Assembly: GCA_002104905.1 (NCBI GenBank)
Contig: MCFE01000353.1
Location: 1-64,000 of the forward strand
DNA length: 64,000 bases
Direction: 5' to 3'
From: Basidiobolus meristosporus CBS 931.73
Taxonomy: Eukaryota; Fungi; Basidiobolomycota
The translations under genes and the position numbers were made by a program. Below, in pieces: positions 48,823 through 61,047 of the stretch (position 1 is its first letter; each line of letters opens with the position of its first letter). A model generated the notes under the pieces. That model ran no database searches. It was not told where the DNA came from and saw only the letters and a list, made by a program, of their open reading frames with translations.

Positions 48823-49296
48823 ATGTCCAGGCCGAACATCTTTATTTTCGTCTACGTGGTGGCCGGTGTGGTGGCGGTGGCCAGCTTGATGGCATTTATC
48901 ACCTTTATTCACCGGTATTGTAAGAGTTCCCCCCAGAAGGCCCGAGAGCAGACCCACTGCACTGAGGACATAGAGATTCACCAGGGTGTACTGCGCTCAC
49001 TTGACGCCCGCCAGAACTCCGACGGCAACACGGTGGTGATATTGCCCTTCTGGGTAGACCATGACACCAACAATGCTACGTTCATTCAGTCCTTTATCAT
49101 CGACTCTTCAGCATCGGCTTCTGCTGGCTCGCAACTCGAACGTAGCTCTGAAGATCCAGAGACAGATCTTCCTCTACCACTCTATACAGCAGAAGAATTA
49201 CCGCCTGCATACAACCTTGCCAGACAGAACGAGGCGAGCCACCCACTGGAGTTGACCGCAGCAACGCCCACTCAATCACCAGATAGCGCGAGGTGA
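48823..49296 (+). CDS. Single-pass membrane protein with cytosolic PY motifs
   Basis: N-terminal TM followed by HRYCK; LPLY and PPAY near the C-terminus. Confidence 0.65.
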   Translation: MSRPNIFIFVYVVAGVVAVASLMAFITFIHRYCKSSPQKAREQTHCTEDIEIHQGVLRSLDARQNSDGNTVVILPFWVDHDTNNATFIQSFIIDSSASASAGSQLERSSEDPETDLPLPLYTAEELPPAYNLARQNEASHPLELTAATPTQSPDSAR

Positions 49297-49803
49297 GCGG
49301 CCTCACGTGTCCAGCTACCCGGAAGAACTGAGGCTTTTTATACCAACCATCGCATGTAATTATCGACAGTCCACCTTTCCCACTCTCCTCTGAAGGGAAC
49401 GGTCATCATGTAGAAACTTCATTATATTTCCCCATCTTCCCAACGAACGAAAGCATCCCACAGAGCCTGGTTCAACCTGCAGTTCCAAGTGAACGGCCGA
49501 TCGACCAGTATAAATAAACATCTCTCTTTAACTATACGAGGTGGGCTAGGTGAGGTTGATTTCGACATGCAGAACAATAGGTTTATTATATAGGTTGCGG
49601 TTTGGTACACGGAGCTTGGTTCCTCACCCGAAGACGGGAAGGCTCTATACTATTCTAATGGGGAATCTATGGCACGATCTAATTTTGGGTCTATGGTGGA
49701 TATATAGCCCTTGATAGGTTGTATGGACATATATGTGGATGTCGCCTGGGTGGCGCTACGGATCGAGGCTTACCAGATGTCCTGGCCTGGTTTGTAACGC
49801 CCC

Positions 49804-50198
49804 CTACCAAAAGTACATCCCCAGGTTTGCCAGGAATAGGAAAAGAAGTTCATTGGGCGATGCGAGGTGCGCCAGGTTCCGGTGATCAGGAAACGCCGTC
49901 TGTGCCGATAGTGCCACCTCAGCTTCGTTACCGTTGGGAAAATGGCCAGAGGGGGTTGGGAAGTAGTCTAGCCAGTCGGGCAGTCTGGTGCTAGTCCCGT
50001 CTGACTTTGCCAGCAGGTTGTAGGTCTTCGTGGGGGTTTGGGCGGCATCCACCATCTCATCGTTCTCTCGATACCCCTCCATTACCCCGCCACTTCCCCC
50101 CCTCCATGCTCTACTGTTTGTTTATTGGGATCTGTTGAAGGATTCGAGAGAGCGACCGGAATGACCGCTAGAGAAATAAACAAAGCCAAGGGTTGCAT
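49804..50198 (-). pseudogene. Putative secreted/GPI-anchored protein broken by a frameshift in a G7 run
   Basis: MQPLALFISLAVIPVALS from ATG 50198; G7 (C7 on + at 50096-50102) shifts the frame relative to ORF 49804-50082, which ends in hydrophobic LLFLFLANLGMYFW; TATATAAA upstream. Confidence 0.55.
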
Positions 50199-51809
50199 GA
50201 AGTCCGCTACTGATTTGGTCGATATCGGCGGCCAGTCTGGCATTTATATAATGGCCGGCCTGAGCTAGGATGACAGCGTTCGCGCTCCTCACCGGCAGAT
50301 CTGGTAGGGCAAGGAGGAATAGCGGTGATGCAAGAATGTGGATTCGGAGCTTTGTTGATGCGTAGTGTTTGTAAAGGGTTCTGCAAAAATGGACTCTCCA
50401 CCTCGAAAGGGGCCGGATCTAGCCATGATTCATGAATGAACTGGTGTTAATGAGATCTCATTTCATGCACCGTATAGTGGTAGCCATACTACTCCATCGA
50501 CATGTGCGGATGACGCGCAGCTCCAATGGATGGTTTGGAGGCTGGTTTACTGTCACCTTGCCCGTCACCACCACCCTGGGTTCGAAGGGTCCGGTACCTG
50601 CACTCTGTCCATTGTGTTTTTTCATGGCTATGTTACGAGCATACGGTTGGGTGTGATAAGCCCTGATAAGTGATCGGTCATCATTCCGTATGAGTTGGAG
50701 TGTGATGCTCAAGCCCCTGGTGCTACCTTGACCCTCTGGGCATCCCAGGCGGATTTCCGTCCGAGTATTGGTGGGCCCTCTTCCTCTGTACTCTATGTTT
50801 TTCAACCACTGGGGACCTTGGTTGACTAGGTGGTGCCACCCACATTCATAGCACTGGATATACGTCTGGATCCACATGAAAGAGTTGCTGCATCTCGCTG
50901 GACAGGTATGTGCGCCCATGGGATTCGACATCCCAAAATGGATATCACCGAAGAAGCTTGCACCCATAAATCATGCATGGTTGTTTGCTACTGCTCACCC
51001 ACATTTTACCCTCTGTGTAGTCTACCCATTCTACTTGACCAGAGCCTACCATTGCTTCGGAGAGTTTCTCTCTCCCCCCATCCTCCCTCAGTCAGAGCGA
51101 CCGCAATGAAACGCACGTCCCAGCCGAGCTTTCCAGTGTACATCGACAAGTAATATCCGGCTTCACTAGGTTGGCATGCCAGAATCATCCCCATACACTC
51201 GTGACGCCCTTTCCAATCGGAGATGGCTGCGTCTCCAAGTGTTGCTAGACTATGGGCCTGTATCATAATCAACAAACATATGCCGATCGACGAGACGGTT
51301 CTTCATAAAGTGTGCTACGTATGGCAACCACTGGCGAATCATGGTTCCGACTAGTCCATCTCCCGACGAATCCCTATGGAAGTCATGGAAGTTTGCTGCA
51401 TTGAAAGCATACGTTACCCTCCCCACATGCTTCCCACATGCTATGTCGTCATTAGTTGTCATGATCACAATACATGGGTATCGATCAAGAGCAGCCACCA
51501 TTCCTGATCTATCCTGGTGTTCAGACTGACAAGGGGTTTTCTGTCGGAGCGGTTGATCGATGGTATTTTGCGGAGGGGAGGCTTCATAAGGTGATTTCAT
51601 AGTTTTCCGAGGTTTGTCTCGCACAGTGATCAGTACCTACATATACGGAGCTTCGGGATACTTGAGACCTACTACACGAGCCCAATCGGGGTTCAACAGT
51701 CACTTTGAAAAAGTGATGAGTGATTTATGGACATTTGCATCTGGTATGAGCCATTGGATTCCTTGAGATTACATGATATCTACTTAACTGCTGCTATGTG
51801 ATCAGATCC

Positions 51810-52229
51810 CTAGCTTTGATTACGCTGGCTAACAATCCCCACTGAATATGAAATATCTGATTGTGTTCCTAGCATGATATATATCAAATTGCCAGCCATA
51901 GATTGATAAGGGAAGTCTGGGCCTACGGATGGTACCAAGCTCTCTTGATTTGGTTGAGTTTTGACCAAGTTAAGGTTTGTCTCCATTGGGGTTGCTGCCA
52001 GTTTACAGTCTTCCATTTGGTACTTCTGAAGTATATCTTGAATATACTGGGACTGGCTTAAGGTGATGGTCCAAGTTCTTCTGTCTATGGAGAACTGTAT
52101 TCCTAAATGGTAGCTGAGCTCTCCAAGATTGTACATTTTGAACTTCATATATAGGCTGGATTTAGTCTCTTCCAATGGTTTTTGGCTATTGATGGCTATA
52201 ATTAGATCATCTACATATAGAGCTAATAG
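51810..52229 (-). mobile_element. Ty1/copia RT fragment
   Basis: LYVDDLII, LGELSYHLGI, LSQSQYI, TPME, YQSMAGNLIY; interrupted by the + strand LTR at 52230. Confidence 0.92.
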
Positions 52230-52569
52230 TGTTCTGAGTTGTGTAATAACACCTAAATATTCACCTAACTTGGTCACTGAGAACATTACCTACAAATCTT
52301 AGAGAATCCTGACCAGATTCCTTATTGGGATTTACTTCAAATATTTTCACCAAAATACCAGAGCATGAAATTTTGAAGAGTTGTCCAAACAGCCTCCAAC
52401 TTTGTACACATGTTCTTGGGACCTTCCTAAACCTGATCTAAGTGTTTGTTATGCCAAGACCATGTAAAAGTATAAATACTACTATTACATTCAATAAATC
52501 ATTGAGCAAAAACCACATAATCTACTTGTTTTCCTAATTACTTCCAATATCTCCAAGACTCTTACAACA
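52230..52569 (+). mobile_element. Copia LTR (family A)
   Basis: Similar to 5032-5363; ends TTACAACA. Confidence 0.85.
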
Positions 52570-54295
52570 AAGGATAGGTGTCCAGAACATGATATTTTTC
52601 ATAGCTGTCTAAGTAGCCCCAAATCTAACCCAAACTTTGCACACATGCTCTTGGGACCTTCCTATGCATACCTTACATGTTTGTCTAGCCAGGACTATGT
52701 GAAATTAAACCACTACTTTCACATTGAATGAATTATAAGTGAGAGCCACTCAATATACTTGCTCTCTCAATCACTTCCAATATCTCCAAGACTCTTACAA
52801 CAGGTTATGGGCCCCAAGCTGCCACTCTCTGCAATGTCTACTACTGCATCACTGGAATTTCCCCCCTGCTGAAAAGTTGGATGGATCTAACTATCAAGTG
52901 TGGAGGGTGAAGATGAGGACTCTACTATGGGAAACAGGACTTTGAGATATTGTTGTGGAAGAAGAATTTCCTCCTTAATGAAGAAGCCCTAAAGTACTGG
53001 AAGAAAGAACAAAGTGCCTTCAAGTGCATGTGCCTTAATCTTAAAGACAAATTGCTAATTCAATGCCCAAGAGCAAAAACATCCAAGAATTGAAAGGCAT
53101 TGGAAGATACCTACTAGTCATGTTCAGCTGCTAAGAAAGTGTATCTTATATAGAAATTTGTTACTACAAAGATGCTGCCAGCTGTAGAAATGAAAAATTT
53201 AATTAACAGAATTACCCTGTTGGTTGATCAGATAGAATCTGTATGTGTACCAACTACTGATGAGGATGCAATAGTTACCATCCTGAATACCCTAACAGAC
53301 AGGTTTCAGGGTCTTGTTTCAGCCCTAGAGTTCAGAACTTAAATTTGACCTCAAATTATGTATATGGTAGGCTGCTGGATGAAGAATTAAGAAAATCAAG
53401 AGCCAATAAGAAGGAGGACAAAAATGCTCTAACAAGCAATGATAAAAAATAATGCAGCTACTAAGACCCTCTAAAGGCAGCAGCAACCTGTTTTGTAACT
53501 ACTGCAAAAGGAAAGGTCTCCCATTGGACTGATGCCTCAAAAAAAGAGATAGCCAACAAAAGAAGTCTGAAAATGGAAATGCTGCAACAACTGAAATTCA
53601 TCTACTCATATCTGCACTAAATATGACCACAAACAAGGATTCTCAGACATGGTATACTGACTCCGGAGCATCTCAACACCTTACACACCAAAAAGAACTT
53701 TTACCCAATATTGAAAAACTCTGATAAAGAATGTTTTCATAGGTGACAATAGAACACTTCATGCAGTGGAGAAGGAACTGTTGAAGTGAAACTCAGAAGG
53801 AGTAAAGAAAGCCATACACTTACCTTCAAAGAATTACTCTATGTAACTAGCAATAGTCAAGAACCTACTATCTGTAGGCAAGGCCACAGCAGAACAACTC
53901 AGTTCAATTTGACAATTATGGATGCAGGATCACTGATTAGAATGGTCCTCATATTGCTTTGGGTATCAGAGATCAGGATCTCTACAAGTTGACTTATATT
54001 CCATCATATCTGGAAGCCAATATAAGTAATTTGAACAAAGAAACACCAACTCTTTGGTACAGAAGATTTGGACACATCAACTTTGATTATTTGCACAAAA
54101 AATCAAAGATCAGCTAATATCTGGAGTAAAAGTTGATCCCCCAGCAAATCTGGAGCACTGTGAAGCCTGCATATATGGGAAACAAGCCAGGCAACCGTAC
54201 AAGAGCTCTGATTAATGAAAACTAAGAAAAAATCAGATCTATTTCATGCTAACCTGTGTGGACCTATGCCATTTTATTCTTAGGTGGGATGAAAT

Positions 54296-54506
54296 AGACT
54301 TGTTCCATCATTCCAGCTGATCATAGTGCCCAATAGTGCCATAGCATGCCAGATGGTGCCTGATCATGCCATAGAGTGCCAGAGGGTGCCATACAGTGCC
54401 AACTTGGGATCAAAGTTGACATGCATATGACCCTAAAATATCAAATTAATAACAAAATATACAGCACTTTCTGGCACTATCATCAATGGCACAATGGAAC
54501 AAGTCT
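54296..54506. mobile_element. 211-bp MITE (possibly PIF/Harbinger-like)
   Basis: TIRs AGACTTGTTCCAT / ATGGAACAAGTCT; 3-bp TSD AAT; the equivalent empty site is visible in the sister copia at ~57871-57891. Confidence 0.88.
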
Positions 54507-54828
54507 AATATTTAGTAACTTCTACTTGTGATTATACAAGATACACATGAATCTACTTCATGGGGAGAATGAAAAAAGCTCTGTCTAAGCTCAGGGAGCT
54601 TAAAGCCATAGTGGAGAGAGAAAGTGCTGAGATTCAAGAAAATATGCTCTGGCAATGGTGGAGAATATGCCTTAAGGCTCTTTATCTACTTCTGCAAAGT
54701 TCATGGGATAAAGTAAGAGACCACCATCCCATACTCTGCACAGGGAAATGGAGTGGCAGAGCATGTAAACAAATCAATTACTGATATGGTAAGATCTACA
54801 ATCCATTAACAAAAATTATCATATGAGT

Positions 54829-55528
54829 TGTTGTATCCAAGAGAAAAGTGCAATAAAACTCTTGAATGGTTTAAGTGAGCCTAAGTGACAACTAAGTACA
54901 GAATCTTAGTATTGTCAGAGAGTGGTGGAAATATTAGCAGAAATATTCTGGTCCAATATTGGTCTTGTACATAGCTGGGTCTGGCTATAAAGGCAACAGA
55001 GTTGGGTTGCTATGCAGGCTAGGCTTGGTGTTCTTGGGAGTGCTAGATATGCTAGGCTTGGGTAGAAGCAAGAATGTAATTGTTGAGTTCTTTATTTTAC
55101 TGAGACACAATCTAAATTTTGTTGAGACACACACTAAACCAAAAGGCTCAGTAAACTTTTTTTATACTTTACTGATCAAGTTGAATGAGCAAGTGTCAAG
55201 AGACTGGACTAACTGAAATCTGTTGGGGTGTTGATAGGTGCATAAGATAAATGGCAAATTGCATCATTAATTGGATTATGTCTTGGCAACTACTAAGTGG
55301 TTTGATAGACCTTAGATGACTAATTACTTGGAAAGGCTTAGAAAATCAGTTCAGGATGTAATGACCACATGAAAAGTGATCATGTGTGACAACTAAAAAT
55401 AGATTCTGAGAAGTCATAAAGTAAGCCATAACAGGGATTAGTTATGTTTAGGTTAGGAAAAATCAGTTAGGGTACTGGATTTTCTAACGGAGTACAATAG
55501 GCTAAGTTTTAAATGTTGATGCACAACA
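54829..55528. mobile_element. 700-bp solo LTR (family C)
   Basis: TGTTG...CAACA flanked by a 5-bp TSD TGAGT; integrase sequence resumes after it. Confidence 0.85.
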
Positions 55529-55670
55529 TGAGTTTCAGGCAGAACTGGTTGCTCAAGCTGTATATCTCAGAATAGGAGTTATAGAAGAATACATTGTGAT
55601 TCAACTCCATTTGAGGTATGGTGTGGATAAAGACTAAGTGCAGAGCATATAAAAATATTTAGGAGCGCAG

Positions 55671-58600
55671 TGTTGTAAGAATTTGTAATTCCACCTAGAT
55701 ATTCACCTAACTTAGTCACTTAGATCATCACCTTCAGCTCCTAGAGAATACTGACCAAACTCCTTGTTGGGACTTGGAATATTTTCACCAAAATACCAGG
55801 TACCCAGAACATGAAAATTCTCATAGTTGTCCAAACAGCCCCAAACTTTGCACACATGTTCTTGGGACCTTCCTTATCCTATTCTACATGCTTGTAATGC
55901 CAAGACCAGGTAAAAGTATAAATACTACTTTTGAATTCAATAAATTATTAAGTGAAAACCACAAAATCTACTTGTTGTCCCTATCACTTCCAATATCTCC
56001 AAGACTCTTACAACAGGTTATGAGCCCCAAACTATCACCCTCTGCAATGTTGACTACTGCTTTTACTGGAATTTTCCCTCTGCTGAAAAGTTGGATTGAT
56101 CTAACTACCAAGTGAGTAAGATGAAGATAAAGATGCTGCTACAAGAAAGAGGCCTTAGGGATATTGTCATGGGAGAAGAATGCCCTTCTAAAAATGTGAG
56201 AGAGGAAGCCTTAAAGTACCAGAAGAAAGAACAAAGTGCTTTGCACTCTATTTGCCTTGATGCTTAAGACAAATTGCTAATTGAATGCTCAAGAGCAAAA
56301 ACAGCAAAGAATGCCTGGAAGGCATTAGAAGACAACCACCAGTCATGTTCAGCTGCTAAGAAAATGTATCTTAGACAAAAACTCCTTACTACAAAGATGC
56401 CGCCAGGAGAAGAAATGAAAAATATAATTACCGGAATTACCCTGCTGGTTGATGAGATGGAAACTGTGGGTGTACCAACTACCAATAAGGATGCAATATT
56501 TGTTGTAAGAGTCTTGGAGATGTTGGAAGTGATTGGGAGGACAAGTAGATTATGTGGTTTTCACTTAATGATTTATTGAATGTAAAAGTAGTATTTATAC
56601 TTTTACCTGGTTTTGGCATTACAAACATGTAGAATAGGTTAAGAAAGGTCCCAAGAGCATATGTGCAAGGTTTGGGGCTGTTTGGACAACTCTGAGAATT
56701 TTCATGTTCTGGGCACCTGGTATTTTGGTAAAAATATTTGAAGTAAATCCCAACAAGGAATTTGGTCAGTATTCTCTAGGATTTGAGGGTAATGATCTAT
56801 GTGACTAAGTTAGGTGAATATTTAGGTGGAATTACAAATTTTTACAACAATATTTACCATCCTGAATAGCCTGACAGACAGGTTTTAGGACCTTGTATCA
56901 GCCCTAGAGTCCAGAACTGAAGATTTGACCTTAAATTACATATATGAAAGGCTCCTGGATGAAGAATTAGAAAAATCTAGCGCCAATAAGAAGGAAGAAG
57001 AAAATGCTTTAATAAGCCATGATAACTAACAAAGAAGATACCCAAGACCTTTCAAAGGCAAAAGCAACCTGTTTTGTAACTACTGTAAAAGGAGAGGACA
57101 CACATCAGACCAGTGCTTCAAAAGAGAGATATTCAGCAGAAAAAGCCTGAATATGGGAATGCTCCAACAACTGAAGATAGACTATTCATATCTGCACTAG
57201 ATATGGCCACAAACAAGGGTTCTTGGACATAGTATACTGACTGTGGAGCATCTCAACACTTTACACACTAAAAAGAACTTCTACCCAATCTCAAGAAATT
57301 TCAATTATGAAGGTTTTGATGGGTGACAATAGAGCACTTGATGCAGTGGGAGAAGGAACTATCCAAATAAACCTTAGAAGCAGTGAAGGAAGACATACTC
57401 TGACCTTTAAAGAAGTACTCTATGTGCCAGAAATAGCCAAGAGCCTACTATCTGTAAGCAAGGTCACAGCAGATTGACTCAGTTTCAGCTTTAACAATTC
57501 TGGATGCAGGATCACTGATCTAAATGGTGCTCAGATTGCATTAGATATTAGAGATCAGAATCTCTACAAGTTGACTCATATTCCATCATATCTGGAAGCC
57601 AATGTATGTAATTTGATCTAAGAAACACCCATACTTTGGTAAAGGTGATTTGGACACATCAACTCTGACTATATGCACAGAAAAATAAAAGATTAGCTAA
57701 TTTTTAGCATAAATATTGATCCCCCAGCAAATTTGGAGCACTGAGAAGCCTGCATATATGGGAAACAAGCCAGACAACCATTCAAGAGCTCTGGGCTAAT
57801 CAAAACTGAGAAAAAAATAGATCTATTTCACTCAGATCTGTGTTGACCTATGCAAACTTTATCCTTAAGTGGGATGAAGTATTTGATCACTTTTATTGAT
57901 GATTATACAAGATACATGTGGGTCTACTTCATAGAGAGAAAAAAAGAAGTAGCTTTGTCTAAGTTCAGGGAGTTTAAAGCCATGGTGGAGAGAGAAACTG
58001 GTGAAAAAATCAAGAAAATATGCTCAGAGGATGGTGGAGGGCTTACCTCAAAACTCTTCATCCACCTCTGACAAGTTCATGGGATAAAGCAAGAGACTAC
58101 TGTACCATACTCCCCACAGCAAAATAGAGTAGCAGAATATGCAAACAAATCAATAATTGATATGTCAAGATCTATTATCAACAATTCTCCTACAATTTTA
58201 GGCAGATTTAGTTGCCACAGCTGAATACCTTAAAAACAGGAGTTATAATAGAATACTTTGTGATTCTACTCCATTTGAGGCATGGTATATATACAGATCA
58301 AGTGCAGAACATCTAAGAATACTTGGGTGTACTGCATGTGCCAAGAAACTGCCTGGAAATCAGTCAAAACTTGAGCCAAAGAGTGTAAAATTCATATTCT
58401 TGTGCTACTGCAATGAGAGTACCGTATACAGACTCTACAATATCAAAGCAAAGAAGCTGATCAAGTCCAGGGATGGGTTGTTTGATGAAAATTCAAAATT
58501 TTCACAAAACATAATATCAGATGATGACAAAAATCTGCTCTCAAGTCCACCAATAGTAAGGATTGAATCAAAGTAAGACAATAAAAGCTTTTCACTCTAA

Positions 58601-59190
58601 TGGACTCTACAGCCAAGGTCAGCCTGAATTAGTGCCCAGGAATATCCCAGAAGTGATCATTCCAGTATTAAATGCCTGGAGATCCAACCAGAAATGGAAA
58701 TAGCCCAAATTACTATATCAATGAATGTACAAACTTAGCCTATGCCTATTCAGTCCATATTGAGTAATCTCAGACTGTTAAACAGGCCCTAAATAGCCCT
58801 CAGACAAAGTTTTGGAGATCTGCAATGACTGAGGAATATCAGTCCCTGATGGAAAATCAAACTTGGGACTTAGTCAAATTACCCATCAACCAAAAATGAA
58901 TTGGATGCAGATGGGTCTTCAAGACAAAATACAAGGCTGATGGTACAATTGAGAGATACAAAGCAAGACTTGTAGCCAAAGGATACTCTCAAACAAAAGG
59001 ACTTGACTATACTGAGACCTTTGCACCAGCACAGTATATGATATCCTGTGAAGCTACAAAAAAAGCAATGTGGTCAATAAAGCTTTGAAAGACCTGGGCT
59101 TATGTCAAATATACCAATTGGATTAATTCAAGATAATCAAGGATATACACAATTATGTATAAATCCAACTTTCAATGCTAGAACTAAGCA
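55671..59190 (+). mobile_element. Decayed copia element 2, inserted into element 1
   Basis: 5' LTR 55671-56015, PBS GGTTATGAGCCC, gag with CCHC knuckle CNYCKRRGHTSDQC, integrase (FIDDYTRY), RT start ([13 protein letters not shown]) deleted directly into RNase H (DNQG, RTKHID). Confidence 0.9.
56501..56849 (-). mobile_element. Inverted solo LTR (family A) inside the gag of element 2
   Basis: Reverse complement of LTR-A with a perfect 5-bp TSD ATATT. Confidence 0.93.
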
Positions 59191-61047
59191 CATAGATTGG
59201 GGCCATCAATCATTATCAATTAGTAGGGCTTCCTGCTTCCCTATCACATGCCCCCATCCTTTTGATGGAGGGGGGGAGGAACTTATTGGTAGTGGCCCCC
59301 TGGAGGATGGGGTTACTACCATTTCCCCCACCATGGTTATCTCATGTGTAGGGGTTGAGGGGGGAAGGGGAGGGGCCAGGGGGGCCCTTAACAAGCAATT
59401 AGTGATGGGTAACTTGCATCCTATTGGCTTAAAATTAAAGAAAAAATAATTATAGAAATCTAGAGTTTATCACCAGCACACATCAGCTCAATCTATGCCA
59501 ACACCCTTCGCAAGAGCACCCTGCATCAAGTCAATGCACATCAGATCAACAAGTTTGCTTTAGAGCAAAACTATTGGAACTTGCCAAACTGATCATTTAG
59601 ACACAAGTCCATTGGAGCAGGCCAAGTTGTGTTAACATTTAGCATTACATTGAATTCAGCCAAGGGCTATGACAACACATTGAGTTGCACCTGTGCATGC
59701 CATATACCTGACCATCAGCAAGATACTTCTGGTGAACTGACTAATAATGACCTACATGAAGTGCCTCCACTACTGGAGCCTGTGGCAAGTAAAAGAACAT
59801 GTCAGTGTGTGGCACTACAGGCTGGCTCCATTATATCATCTGAAGCAAATCAGTGTAGCCAAGCTCCAGCATTGCATTCATCAACCAGGAGGCAAAATAC
59901 TGTCCACAAGTACACAAGTTGCCAAAATGATGGTCAACAAGGAAGTAGCTCAGGTGTGCAAAGTGAACCACTACCAAATGCTTCAGTAATATTCCTTGCA
60001 AGAAAAAGAATCTAGGAGAAGATGATGCAATTGCATTGAATTGTTACCATTTGTCATAATCCATATAACACATTTTTTTCATAATCCATATTAAGCCATT
60101 GCAAATCAGTTATCACTAAATTTCTGATACAAGTAATTTCAAAGTTATCTCACATTTGAGATAGAGCCCTTATAATAAACACCCTATGGTAATGTCAAGG
60201 TTGTACCATATTCAAGACAGAGGACCTATAGTAAACATCCTGCATATATATACATCATCTGTAACACCATTTCAGCTGTTTGATCTGATTTTCACCTACA
60301 TAATTGGTTGTGTGGTTGCTATGACACCATGTCCAATCACTAAGATAAGGGATTTACGTGCACTGTAGTGGGGTCACAGTGACACCCACAGGCAGATGCG
60401 TTCATTCCCATACGTTCACTTCCCTAAAATGGATTACCCCCCTATATTAGTATCATCCCAAATTGCAATATTTTCTATCTGTCTATGTGATTATTACTAT
60501 GCAACCTGGCAAACTATTTGTCACTATTAACCCATTGCACAAGCTATTCCTATTCCTTGTCAAGATGCCAAGATAAGATAGTTACCACATAAGGCAAGAA
60601 CCCCCAACAGTGCCTAGGTCATGTGACCATCCTGGTCTCATAACCCTCCTATCGTACTACCATATGAGGTAACTACATGACACAGAGGTTTCATATTACC
60701 ACTATCTGATTGGCTAGGTGCTACAATGTCTCATGGAACAATCCACCACAAATTTGAGCTATTTTTAGTACACAATGATATGATTGGCTGTCTACTACCT
60801 TCTGGAAACTCCTGGAAAGTATTTTCTAGCAAGAATTTGAGCAGCAAAAAAGTATATAAGGGAGGCTATCCCTTAAAATAAATCACCCTCTTCCAATATT
60901 CCAACTTATTGATTAGTGAGATCACCGCTACCTATTACCACTACTTTCTGACTCAGACCTGACAATACTCCCAGGAAACTGTGCTGACAGCCAATTGACC
61001 TTGGAGGCACCATTTGTGAGGAATACTCAGAGTAGGTATATTTTATT

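Larger units (their letters stand above)
52570..55670 (+). mobile_element. Decayed copia element 1 (partial LTR, PBS, gag, protease, integrase)
   Basis: Partial LTR ending at 52802, PBS GGTTATGGGCCC (52803-52814), gag EKLDGSNYQVW, many stops and frameshifts; hosts a MITE and a solo LTR. Confidence 0.88.

Noticed and set aside
50880-50920. GPCR-like CISLDRY motif on the + strand
   Set aside because: The frame is interrupted by several stops and lacks seven hydrophobic segments.
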